A stretch of 64,000 bases of DNA from Lachnospiraceae bacterium UBA7110 (GTDB lineage: Bacteria; Bacillota; Clostridia; Lachnospirales; Lachnospiraceae). Below, in pieces: positions 45,866 through 55,039 of this stretch. The stretch covers positions 6,085 through 70,084 of the forward strand of contig DKYC01000132.1 in assembly GCA_002492295.1 (NCBI GenBank), read 5' to 3'. The stretch's first letter is position 1; every line of letters starts with the position of its first letter. The notes below the pieces were generated by a model. The model worked only from the letters and a program-made list of their open reading frames with translations. It searched no databases and was not told the DNA's origin. Position numbers and translations under genes: made by a program.

Positions 45866-46116
45866 TGGAAGCCTTTGCCTATTCTTTTTGTGTGCAAAAA
45901 CGCCGTCGCAAAAGCTAAAATTTGTAAAAAAAGTATACACAAATTGACAAATAATTGAGCGGTACTTATACTATAAAGAGAAGCAATCAATGATATAATG
46001 TCTATAATTACCAAAATATTATCACTAATTTCTGAAAATTTTACCGCTTTAGAAGGAATACCAAAAAAATGCATGCAAATAAAGCGGTCAGAGAGGAAAG
46101 GAGCTGCAGGCTACAG

Positions 46117-47130
46117 ATGAAAAAAGTGACAATACAGGATATTGCGGCACAGATGGGCTTAAGCCGCAATACGGTTGCAAAGGCACTCAACGGAGGTCTT
46201 GTTTCCCCGCAGACGAAACAGGCGGTGGTGCAGAAGGCGTGGCAGATGGGATATGCAAAGCTGGACGAAAACCTGTTGGAGGAAGTCAGGAGCATTCACA
46301 GAAAAGTTAACACCGGCACGATTTTGGTGCTGTTTAACCATATGCAGTCCGTTTTTTGGACGAGGGCGCTTGCCGGAATCAGCAGTGCGGTAAATGACGA
46401 GGGCTACCGTATGCAGCTGCACGTTGTCGATGAAAACGATAAGGATGGCAGCGAAACGCTGCGGCTGATAGCTGATGACGTGAAGGGAATTATTTTTCTT
46501 TGTATTTTTCCGATTAAATTTGTAAAAGGCGTCAGCAGGGTAAAGCTTCCGATGACGTTTTTCAATACCCCCGTCAATGCGCAGGAATATATTGAGCTTG
46601 GCGATATTGTAAATATGGAAGGCTTTTATTCCATGAACCGCCTGACGAATTATATTATTTCACAGAAGGGTTGCCAGCGGCTGGGATACATCGGCTATGC
46701 GGAAGGTTCGCGCATGATACAGGCAAGGTACCTTGGTTTTCTGAATGCCTGCAACCAAAACAGGATACAGCTTGACGCAAAAATCCAGTACACACATCCG
46801 CTTGGTCAGGATAGCTTCAGCTATGCAGTGGTGGAGGAAATTATAAACAACATGCCCTATATCCCCGACGCAATTGTCTGTGAGGATGACGACGTGGCAA
46901 AGCATGTGTCGCTCGCGCTGCTCCAGCGGGATGCGCAGGCGGTGAAAAATACGGTAATCACAGGATTTAACAATACACTTGAGTCTGATTTTTTCAAAAA
47001 CGATATTGTTACGGTTGATGTGCGTATCGAGGAGATGGGCAGGAGGCTTGTAAAATCCGTGGTTGACAGGGTGAATAATCCCACGATTGATTTGGCGTTC
47101 CATACGCTTGCCACGTATCCGCGCTTTTAG
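46117..47130 (+). CDS. LacI-family transcriptional regulator
   Basis: VTIQDIAAQMGLSRNTVAKALN HTH; sugar-binding-like C-terminus (PDAIVC..D, TGFNN). Confidence 0.9.
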   Translation: MKKVTIQDIAAQMGLSRNTVAKALNGGLVSPQTKQAVVQKAWQMGYAKLDENLLEEVRSIHRKVNTGTILVLFNHMQSVFWTRALAGISSAVNDEGYRMQLHVVDENDKDGSETLRLIADDVKGIIFLCIFPIKFVKGVSRVKLPMTFFNTPVNAQEYIELGDIVNMEGFYSMNRLTNYIISQKGCQRLGYIGYAEGSRMIQARYLGFLNACNQNRIQLDAKIQYTHPLGQDSFSYAVVEEIINNMPYIPDAIVCEDDDVAKHVSLALLQRDAQAVKNTVITGFNNTLESDFFKNDIVTVDVRIEEMGRRLVKSVVDRVNNPTIDLAFHTLATYPRF

Positions 47131-47256
47131 GTTTTGCGGAAGGGAGCACAACACGGCGTAACCTGAAAAAAGACATAGCACCTCTGACAATAATATGTTA
47201 GAATAAAGGCAAATGAATTTATATAGTTATATATAGAAAGAACGAGGAAAGTGAAC

Positions 47257-48195
47257 ATGTCAAGTGTAAGCATTGAACGCGTAATCGAAAAACTCAAGCT
47301 CACCAATCTCACTCCTGAGATTGACGTTTCGAGCATCAAAATCCACCAGCCGGATATTAACCGTCCTGCGCTCCAGCTTTCGGGGTATTTTGAACATTTT
47401 GAAGAAACAAGGCCGCAGATTATCGGTTTTGTGGAATACTCTTATATGGAGCACATCAGCGACGAGAAAAAAAGAGAGGTTTATCCGCGTGTCATTTCGG
47501 AAAAGACGCCGTGCATCATTTTTTGCAGAAACCTGATGCCGGATCCTCTTTTTGTCGAATGTGCGATGAAAAACAATGTCCCTCTTCTAAAAACAAGCAA
47601 GCCGACATCGGCGTTTATGGCGGAGATTATCCGGTGGCTCAATGTTGAGCTTGCACCGTGCATTTCCGTGCATGGCGTGCTGGTCGATGTTTACGGCGAA
47701 GGTGTGCTGATTACGGGCGAGAGCGGCATCGGTAAAAGCGAGGCTGCGCTGGAGCTGATTAAGCGAGGACACAGACTGGTGTCGGACGACGTGGTGGAAA
47801 TCAGGAAAGTGAGTGATGATACGCTGGTCGGAAAAGCGCCTGACATCACAAGGCATTTTATCGAGCTGCGCGGTATCGGTATCATAGATGTAAAGACGCT
47901 TTATGGTGTGCAGAGCGTTATGGACACCACAAACATTAACCTTGTCATACGTCTGGAGGACTGGGACAAAGAGAAAAATTACGACCGTCTTGGTCTTGAG
48001 GAAAACTATACGGAATATCTTGGAAATAAGGTGGTCTGCCACAACATCCCTATTAGACCGGGAAGAAACCTTGCGATTATCTGCGAGTCGGCAGCAGTCA
48101 ACCACCGTCAGAAAAAGATGGGTTACAACGCGGCGCAGGAACTGTATCAGCGTGTGCAGAATTCACTGTCAAAGCCTAGGGAAGATGAAATGTAA
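47257..48195 (+). CDS. hprK: HPr kinase/phosphorylase
   Basis: INRPALQL, HGVLVDVYGEGVLITGESGIGKSE, LVSDD, IELRGIGII, PGRNLA. Confidence 0.97.
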   Translation: MSSVSIERVIEKLKLTNLTPEIDVSSIKIHQPDINRPALQLSGYFEHFEETRPQIIGFVEYSYMEHISDEKKREVYPRVISEKTPCIIFCRNLMPDPLFVECAMKNNVPLLKTSKPTSAFMAEIIRWLNVELAPCISVHGVLVDVYGEGVLITGESGIGKSEAALELIKRGHRLVSDDVVEIRKVSDDTLVGKAPDITRHFIELRGIGIIDVKTLYGVQSVMDTTNINLVIRLEDWDKEKNYDRLGLEENYTEYLGNKVVCHNIPIRPGRNLAIICESAAVNHRQKKMGYNAAQELYQRVQNSLSKPREDEM

Positions 48196-48212
48196 AAAGG
48201 AGATTAAAGCGA

Positions 48213-49160
48213 ATGGGTAAGTATTGTTTTGGAGTAGATTTAGGTGGGACAACGGTAAAAATCGGACTTTTTTCGCCGAAAGGAGAGGTCCTTGAAAAAT
48301 GGGAAATTCCTACGAGAACGGAGAATGGCGGAACAAATATTCTCCCCGATATTGCGGACGCAGTGCAGGCAAAAATGAAGGAGCGTGGGATTGCGAGGGA
48401 AGAGGTTATCGGCGTAGGCATCGGCGTACCGGGACCGGTTGACGACGCGGGTATGGTCTACCGCGCAGTCAATGTTGGATGGGGTGTGTTTAACATCAAC
48501 GAAACGCTGGGCGGTCTTCTTGGCGTTCCCGTAAAAGCGGGAAATGACGCCAATGTGGCGGCACTTGGCGAGATGTGGTGCGGCGGTGCAAAGGGCTATA
48601 AGGACATTGTGCTTGCAACACTCGGAACGGGTATTGGCGGAGGAATTATTTCAAACGGAAAGATTGTCACGGGTTCAAGGGGGGCAGGCGGCGAAATCGG
48701 ACATATGCATCTTGTGGATGACGAGCCGGACGCGTGCGGATGCGGTAATCACGGGTGCTTTGAACAGTATGGCTCCGCGAGCGGAATTGTGCGCCTTGCA
48801 AAGCGCAGACTTGCAGTGTCAAAGGAAGACAGTGTGCTAAGGAGTGCGCAGGAGCAGGATGCATTAAGCGCGAAGGCAGTGTTTGATGCGGTGAAGGAGG
48901 GCGATAAGGTTGCCTGTGAAATTGCGGAGGAGTTCGGCGCTTACCTTGGAAAGGGATTTGCCGTAATTGCAGCAGTTGTCAATCCGGAAGTGTTTGTGAT
49001 TGGCGGCGGAGTGTCGAAGGCAGGCGAAATTTTGTTCGACTATATCGCAAAGAATTATGAAAAATATGCTTTCCATGCCTGCCAGAACGTGACGTTTAAG
49101 CTTGCTACGCTTGGCAATGACGCAGGAATTTACGGTGCGGCAAAGCTTGTGTTGGAATAA
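48213..49160 (+). CDS. glk: ROK-family glucokinase
   Basis: GVDLGGT, NDANVAALGE, GTGIGGG, GEIGH, CGCGNHGCFE. Confidence 0.92.
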   Translation: MGKYCFGVDLGGTTVKIGLFSPKGEVLEKWEIPTRTENGGTNILPDIADAVQAKMKERGIAREEVIGVGIGVPGPVDDAGMVYRAVNVGWGVFNINETLGGLLGVPVKAGNDANVAALGEMWCGGAKGYKDIVLATLGTGIGGGIISNGKIVTGSRGAGGEIGHMHLVDDEPDACGCGNHGCFEQYGSASGIVRLAKRRLAVSKEDSVLRSAQEQDALSAKAVFDAVKEGDKVACEIAEEFGAYLGKGFAVIAAVVNPEVFVIGGGVSKAGEILFDYIAKNYEKYAFHACQNVTFKLATLGNDAGIYGAAKLVLE

Positions 49161-49170
49161 TAATAAATGA

Positions 49171-50100
49171 TTGCAGAGGTTGGATTTGTTGAAAAAAGAA
49201 TTAATTCATGAATTATCCCGCGTTCTTGCAGGAGGACGCGTTTCTACAAAGGAGCCGATGTCACTGCATACAACCTTTAAGACAGGCGGTGCGGTTGACG
49301 TGTTTGCGGAACCCTCAAGTGTTGAGGAGCTGAAAAGAGCGTTAGAACTGCTAAAGGGAGAACGCTTTTACCTGATTGGAAACGGGAGCAATCTTCTTGT
49401 AAGCGACAAAGGACTTCGGGGTGTGGCGGTTCATCTTGCCAAAGGCTTTGGCGATATTCGTGTGGAAGGAACGACGCTTATCTGCGGCGCGGCGGCAACG
49501 CTATCGCAGATTGCAAGGGCGGCGCTTGACCATTCCCTGACTGGATTTGAGTTTGCGGCAGGCATTCCGGGGAGCCTCGGCGGAGCGATTGTGATGAATG
49601 CGGGCGCTTATGACGGCGAAATGCGCCAGGTGGTAAAAAGCGTCACGCTCATTGATTATCAGGGCGGAATTGTCCAAAAGGGAGTGGAGGAAATGCGCTT
49701 TGGATACCGTCACAGTCTTTTAAAGGAAGCGGATTGGATTGTCCTTGAGGCAAAGCTTGTGCTGCAAAAGGGGGATGCTTCAAAAATCAGGGAAAAGATG
49801 GATGATTTGGCGGCAAGAAGACGTGCAAAACAGCCGCTGGAATATCCGAGTGCGGGTTCGACCTTTAAGCGTCCCGAGGGGTATTTTGCGGCGAAGCTGA
49901 TACAGGACGCGGGCTTAAGGGGGTTTTGCGTCGGCGGCGCACAGGTCTCGGATAAGCACTGCGGTTTTGTGATTAACAGGGAAAATGCCACATCTGCCGA
50001 TATTTACGCGCTTATCCGGGAAGTGCAAAGAAAGGTGAAGGAATGTTCGGGCGTTACGCTTGAGACGGAGGTCATTTGTTTGGGTGAATTTGATGAATGA
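49171..50100 (+). CDS. murB: UDP-N-acetylenolpyruvoylglucosamine reductase
   Basis: HTTFKTGG, GNGSNLL, GIPGSLGGA..MNAGAY, QPLEYPSAGSTFKRP, KHCGF; exact start uncertain. Confidence 0.95.
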   Translation: MQRLDLLKKELIHELSRVLAGGRVSTKEPMSLHTTFKTGGAVDVFAEPSSVEELKRALELLKGERFYLIGNGSNLLVSDKGLRGVAVHLAKGFGDIRVEGTTLICGAAATLSQIARAALDHSLTGFEFAAGIPGSLGGAIVMNAGAYDGEMRQVVKSVTLIDYQGGIVQKGVEEMRFGYRHSLLKEADWIVLEAKLVLQKGDASKIREKMDDLAARRRAKQPLEYPSAGSTFKRPEGYFAAKLIQDAGLRGFCVGGAQVSDKHCGFVINRENATSADIYALIREVQRKVKECSGVTLETEVICLGEFDE

Positions 50101-50136
50101 TGAAAAATACCAACAGAAAGGCAGGTTTGGTTTCAG

Positions 50137-50991
50137 ATGCGGTTTGTGATTGTAACGGGTATGAGCGGAGGCGGAAAATCAACAGCGATGAAGATGCTGG
50201 AGGACGCGGGATTTTACTGCGCCGACAATATGCCTGTGCCTTTGATTGAAAAGTTTATGGAGCTGCTTGCAATGCCGGATAACGGAATCCAAAAGGTGGC
50301 ATTGGGACTGGATGTCAGGACGGATCAGTCGTTTGAGGACGTAAACCAGCTCATTATAAGGCTCCGTTTGAGCTATACCTTTGAGATTCTGTTTCTTGAG
50401 GCATCGGACAATGTGCTGCTGAAACGCTATAAGGAGACGAGGCGTATTCATCCGCTTTCCATTGACGGGGATTTGATGAGCGGCATCCGGCGTGAACGGG
50501 AGCTGCTTGACAGCATCAGAAAAGTGGCGGATTACGTGATTGATACGACGAACCTTTTGACAAGGGAACTCAAAATGGAGCTTGACAGGATTTTTGTGAG
50601 TGGTCAGGCGTACAACAGCCTTATGGTAAATATTATTTCGTTTGGTTTTAAGCATGGTATTCCGCAGGATGCCGATCTGGTGTTCGATGTGCGCTTTCTG
50701 CCGAACCCGTTTTATATTGATGAATTAAAGAAGAAGACGGGACTTGACAAAGAGGTTCAGGATTATGTGATGGGCTTTCCTGAGGCGCATGAATTTATAA
50801 ATAAGCTTACGGATATGATTGAATTTCTGATTCCGAATTATATTAAGGAAGGGAAATACCAGCTTGTGATAGGCATAGGATGTACTGGCGGACAGCACCG
50901 CAGTGTGACGCTTGCGGGCGAGCTTTATAAACGGCTTAAGGATAAGGGCGATTACGGGCTGACCTTACGCCACCGCGACACGCTTGGTTAA
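50137..50991 (+). CDS. rapZ: RNase adapter / P-loop NTPase RapZ (YvcJ)
   Basis: TGMSGGGKS, SFGFKHG, DVRFLPNP, IGCTGGQHRSV. Confidence 0.95.
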   Translation: MRFVIVTGMSGGGKSTAMKMLEDAGFYCADNMPVPLIEKFMELLAMPDNGIQKVALGLDVRTDQSFEDVNQLIIRLRLSYTFEILFLEASDNVLLKRYKETRRIHPLSIDGDLMSGIRRERELLDSIRKVADYVIDTTNLLTRELKMELDRIFVSGQAYNSLMVNIISFGFKHGIPQDADLVFDVRFLPNPFYIDELKKKTGLDKEVQDYVMGFPEAHEFINKLTDMIEFLIPNYIKEGKYQLVIGIGCTGGQHRSVTLAGELYKRLKDKGDYGLTLRHRDTLG

Positions 50992-51004
50992 AAAAGGAGT
51001 CATT

Positions 51005-51628
51005 ATGTCATTTTCAGGAGAAATCAAGAATGAGCTGGAGAAAAAGACGTTTCCCAAAAATTCCGCGAGAGCGTTTCTGCGGGATGCCTTTTTGGAGACA
51101 GGCTCTATGAGTAATCCCGAAAAAGGATATCATTTGGAGTTTGTCTGCGAGGATGAACGCCACGCCCAAAAACTGATTGAGACCATGCAAAAGTATGAGA
51201 TTACGGCAAAGACGGTGCTAAGAAAACGCTATACCATTGTATATATTAAGGAGAGCGAGGATATCGTTAAGCTTCTGAATGTGATGGGTGCGCATAACTG
51301 CCTGATGAATTTGGAGAATCTGCGGATTTTGAAGGATATGCGCAATGCAATCAACCGGCAGGTGAACTGTGAGACAGCCAATATCTCAAAGACCGTCAGT
51401 GCGGCAAACAAACAGATTGCGGATATTGTGTATCTTAAGGAGCATTACGGATTGGACAATTTGAGTGAAAACCTGAGGGAAATGGCAGAAATCAGGCTGG
51501 AATATCCAGATGCGACGCTAAAGGAGCTTGGAGGTTATCTCGTTCCCCCCGTTGGAAAATCGGGGGTAAATCACAGGCTTCGGAAGCTCAGTGAATTGGC
51601 GGACAGTATAAAAGGAAAAGAGAAATGA
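51005..51628 (+). CDS. whiA: WhiA DNA-binding protein with an in-frame N-terminal domain deletion (207 aa)
   Basis: MSFSGEIKNEL joined almost directly to RAFLRDAFL..GS...P.K.YHLEF; C-terminal NRQVNCETANISKT and KSGVNHRLRKL. Confidence 0.88.
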   Translation: MSFSGEIKNELEKKTFPKNSARAFLRDAFLETGSMSNPEKGYHLEFVCEDERHAQKLIETMQKYEITAKTVLRKRYTIVYIKESEDIVKLLNVMGAHNCLMNLENLRILKDMRNAINRQVNCETANISKTVSAANKQIADIVYLKEHYGLDNLSENLREMAEIRLEYPDATLKELGGYLVPPVGKSGVNHRLRKLSELADSIKGKEK

Positions 51629-52542
51629 GTAAGAAAGCATTATTTATATTAAATCCCCACTCGGGAAAGGGACTGATTAAAAACCATCTTTTGGAGATTA
51701 CGGATATTCTTGTGAAGGCGGGATACGAGGTGACGGTGTATCCCACGCAAAGCCGCGGGGATGCGAAACGGCTGACACAGGAGCGCGACAAGGACTATGA
51801 GCTTGTGGTGTGCAGCGGCGGCGACGGAACGCTTGACGAAATTGTCACAGGCATGATACGGTCCGGTTTTAGGACGCCGATTGGATATATTCCGGCGGGA
51901 AGCACCAATGATTTTGCGAAGAGCCTGAAAATCCCGTCAACGATGAAGAAGGCAGCGGAGCTCATTGTACAGGGAAAGGAGTTTTCGTGTGATGTCGGAC
52001 GCTTCAACAAGGATATCTTCATCTATGTTGCGGCGTTTGGGATTTTTACGGAGGTTTCCTATGAGACGCCGCAGGAAATGAAGAACATGCTTGGGCATAT
52101 GGCATACTTATTGGAGGGCGTCAAACAGCTTGCCAATATCAAATCCTATTCGTTAAAAGTGACATATGTGTCAGAAAACGGCGGGGAGGAAGTGATTGAG
52201 GGCAATTTTATTTTCGGAATGGTGACAAACTCACATTCGATAGGCGGCTTCAAGAGTATCGCGGGAAATGTTTTTAAGGGCGATATTGATTTAAACGACG
52301 GGCTGTTTGAAGTGACCTTAATTAAAGTACCCAAAAATCCGATGGAACTCAATTCGATACTGGCGGCGCTTGCGATAGCGGATATTGACACAAAATATAT
52401 GTACAATTTCAAGTCGGGAAAGCTGATATTTGAATCGGAGGAGGAAGTTGCATGGACGCTTGACGGCGAGTACGGAGGAAAGCATACCAGGGTGGAGCTC
52501 TTAAACGACAGGGAGGCTGTGGACATCCTTGTAAAACAGTAA
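51625..52542 (+). CDS. Diacylglycerol/lipid kinase family protein (YegS/DagK/BmrU)
   Basis: ILNPHSG, CSGGDGTLDE, PAGSTNDFA, LDGE. Confidence 0.92.
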   Translation: MSKKALFILNPHSGKGLIKNHLLEITDILVKAGYEVTVYPTQSRGDAKRLTQERDKDYELVVCSGGDGTLDEIVTGMIRSGFRTPIGYIPAGSTNDFAKSLKIPSTMKKAAELIVQGKEFSCDVGRFNKDIFIYVAAFGIFTEVSYETPQEMKNMLGHMAYLLEGVKQLANIKSYSLKVTYVSENGGEEVIEGNFIFGMVTNSHSIGGFKSIAGNVFKGDIDLNDGLFEVTLIKVPKNPMELNSILAALAIADIDTKYMYNFKSGKLIFESEEEVAWTLDGEYGGKHTRVELLNDREAVDILVKQ

Positions 52543-52559
52543 ATATAAAACAACAGGCA

Positions 52560-52600
52560 GAAAGGAACGTTCCCGTTTTGTCCGGAAGCGTTCCTTTTTA
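52560..52600. terminator. Bidirectional terminator
   Basis: AAAGGAACG.TTCC / GGAA.CGTTCCTTT stem between convergent genes. Confidence 0.65.
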
Positions 52601-52629
52601 ATTCTTTCTTTATTACAAATTCATCCAAA

Positions 52630-53487
52630 TTATTCCAAATTCAGCCGCTTTGTCATCATATGCAGATTGATAATGTGCATAATCACCGAAACAACCACTG
52701 CCCAAAGCAGTGAGATTATCATTGTGGGCGAAATAACCTCAAACATTGGTATTGTCTCTGAAAGCGCCTCCGCCCGGAGCATTTTGGAGTAGGTCGGCAG
52801 CATGGCGATGTAAGAGATTACCTGCTGAACGCTGACAATCGCAAAGTAAGCGATAATTGCGCCGATAATGCGGTGCTTTGTGTAAAGCTGTCCAAGGGAT
52901 ACGCAGCCAAGTATAATCATAATGGATGAGATGCAGGCGATAATCATAAAGACGGTATAAAATGTAATAAAACCGCCAAGGCTGATGCCGTAATCCTCCC
53001 GGAAGGACATTGACATTTCCGATAACACCTCGCCAACCATGCGGTCGATATAAACCTTGTCATACCCGGAAAGATTGCTGACATGGATATAAATCGCGCC
53101 AAGTATAATCATAATTGTGGCAAATATCCCCGCAAGCATCGCCAAATAGCATAGAACAGCCGTAATCGTCTTTGCCGCAAGAAGCGTCGTGGACGTAACG
53201 GGCAGCGTATGTGTCAGGTATCCCTGATCCGTGTAGGTCGTTTTATAGAACCGTATGGCAATAATCAGCATGGTTCCGACGGAGCAGCCAATAATGCCGA
53301 AATAGTAAAGCAGGATACAAAGGACAAGCGACATTGTCGAAAATCCTGCGGAAACATTGTCCATTTTGGGATTTATCGTAAAAATAATCGCACATGTGAG
53401 CAAGGTCGTACCGCCCAAAATGCCAAGCATAATCAAAAGCGGAAGGCGAAGTCCCCTCCATTCGTATTTCATCAGTTTTCCTAACAT
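52630..53487 (-). CDS. ABC-2 type exporter permease
   Basis: MLGKLMKYE; six hydrophobic helices; GYLTHTLPV. Confidence 0.88.
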   Translation of the reverse strand: MLGKLMKYEWRGLRLPLLIMLGILGGTTLLTCAIIFTINPKMDNVSAGFSTMSLVLCILLYYFGIIGCSVGTMLIIAIRFYKTTYTDQGYLTHTLPVTSTTLLAAKTITAVLCYLAMLAGIFATIMIILGAIYIHVSNLSGYDKVYIDRMVGEVLSEMSMSFREDYGISLGGFITFYTVFMIIACISSIMIILGCVSLGQLYTKHRIIGAIIAYFAIVSVQQVISYIAMLPTYSKMLRAEALSETIPMFEVISPTMIISLLWAVVVSVIMHIINLHMMTKRLNLE

Positions 53488-54209
53488 GCGTATACCTCCC
53501 TGAAATAAGCGTCCACGGATTTATTCTGCTGGTCTCTGATGGCATCTACCGAGGTGTAGAGCATCAGCGAACCGTTTTTCATAAAAATCACATCGTCAAG
53601 CACGTTTTCAATATCGGAAATCAAGTGTGTTGACAATATAATCGTAGAATTCGGATTGTAATTCGTGATAATTGTACGTAAAATATAATCCCTTGCGGCA
53701 GGGTCCACGCCCGCGATTGGCTCATCAAGGATATAAAGCTCGGCATTGCGGCTCATCACAAGGATAAGCTGTACCTTCTCCTTTGTGCCTTTTGAGAGTG
53801 TTTTCAGCCTTGCCTCCGGGCTGATGCCGAGGGATTCCAGCATGGAGTATGCCTTTTCCTTTGAAAAATCCTCGTAAAAATCGCCGAAATAATCTACCAT
53901 CTGCCGTACCTTCATGCCGTTGTCGAGATAAGTGCGCTCGGGCAGATAGGAAATCACGCGCTTGCTCTGTGCGCCCGGAAACATACCGTTAATATATACC
54001 GTTCCGCTTGTTGGCGCAAGCAGTCCGTTAATCATTTTGATTAAAGTCGTCTTTCCGCAGCCGTTTGGTCCTAATAATCCGATAATCCGTCCGCGCGGAA
54101 TGGTCAGATTCATATGGAACACCGACATATAGCTGCCCATGCCGGGATAGCGTTTGCACAAATCATTAATCTGCAGAAGCGGCGCTGCATTCATATATTG
54201 TTCATTCAT
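53481..54209 (-). CDS. ABC exporter ATP-binding protein
   Basis: GPNGCGKTT, LSKGTKEK, ILDEP, STH. Confidence 0.93.
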   Translation of the reverse strand: MNEQYMNAAPLLQINDLCKRYPGMGSYMSVFHMNLTIPRGRIIGLLGPNGCGKTTLIKMINGLLAPTSGTVYINGMFPGAQSKRVISYLPERTYLDNGMKVRQMVDYFGDFYEDFSKEKAYSMLESLGISPEARLKTLSKGTKEKVQLILVMSRNAELYILDEPIAGVDPAARDYILRTIITNYNPNSTIILSTHLISDIENVLDDVIFMKNGSLMLYTSVDAIRDQQNKSVDAYFREVYAC

Positions 54210-54247
54210 TCTATAGTCCCTCCTCTTTTTAGTTTCCCTTGGAAAAT

Positions 54248-54628
54248 TTAAGTATTTGTGTTGTCTGCCGTATTTGCTGTCTGGTTCACCAGTGAAATGA
54301 TTTCGCCGTCGGAATATCCAAGCTGGCGCATATTTTCAAAAAAGCTGTTCATCTGCGTGACAGCCATCCGGTGCTTTGCGGCTTCAATCAACTGTACATC
54401 CTGCGTCACGACGCGTCCCATGTTCCGCTGTGTTATGACAAGCCCGCTGCGTTCAAGTTCCGTAAAAGCACGCTGCATGGTATTCGGATTGACACTTGCC
54501 TCTGCCGCCAAATCCCTGACGCTTGGAAGCCATTCTCCCGGCTTGTACGTTCCGCATACAATCCGTACCTGAAGCTTTTCCAAAATCTGCGCATAGATTG
54601 GACGGTCTGAATTTAATTCCCATGCCAT
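54248..54628 (-). CDS. GntR-family regulator, YtrA subfamily
   Basis: PIYAQI, LPSVRDLA..ASVNPNTMQRAF; short (126 aa), first gene of an ABC operon. Confidence 0.92.
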   Translation of the reverse strand: MAWELNSDRPIYAQILEKLQVRIVCGTYKPGEWLPSVRDLAAEASVNPNTMQRAFTELERSGLVITQRNMGRVVTQDVQLIEAAKHRMAVTQMNSFFENMRQLGYSDGEIISLVNQTANTADNTNT

Positions 54629-54647
54629 AAATTCGTCTCCTTCCTAA

Positions 54648-54671
54648 AGTGTATTAGATAAATAGTACACT
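54648..54671. promoter_or_regulatory. YtrA-type operator
   Basis: AGTGTA-N12-TACACT inverted repeat just upstream of the regulator RBS. Confidence 0.75.
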
Positions 54672-55039
54672 AACACAATAATACATGTTGCACGCTTTGT
54701 CAATACAAAAATAAAATTTATTTAAAATATTCATGAAAATTCCATTGTTTTTTTGTACAGAATGATAATTAAAATAGGAAAGGGTACAGGAAATGCATTG
54801 TTATAAGGCGTAATACTGCATAAAAACTGCATGGATATGCAGAAATTGTCAGTTTCTTCTATGCACGCAATATTGACAAATTTTTTTGATTAGTCTAATA
54901 TAAAAAAGAATATCGCGTTTTTAAGCACGGTATTTTCATTTTACTGTGACAAAATAGTAAAGGAAGTGTGCATTTGGACAATACAAATGTACATCGCATA
55001 CATTATGCGGAAAAAACGAAAAGATAGGAGTGAAAACGA

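Noticed and set aside
44270-47130. Integrated ICE or prophage bounded by att repeats around the recombinase
   Set aside because: No cargo or transfer genes, and no matching direct repeats found on both sides by eye.
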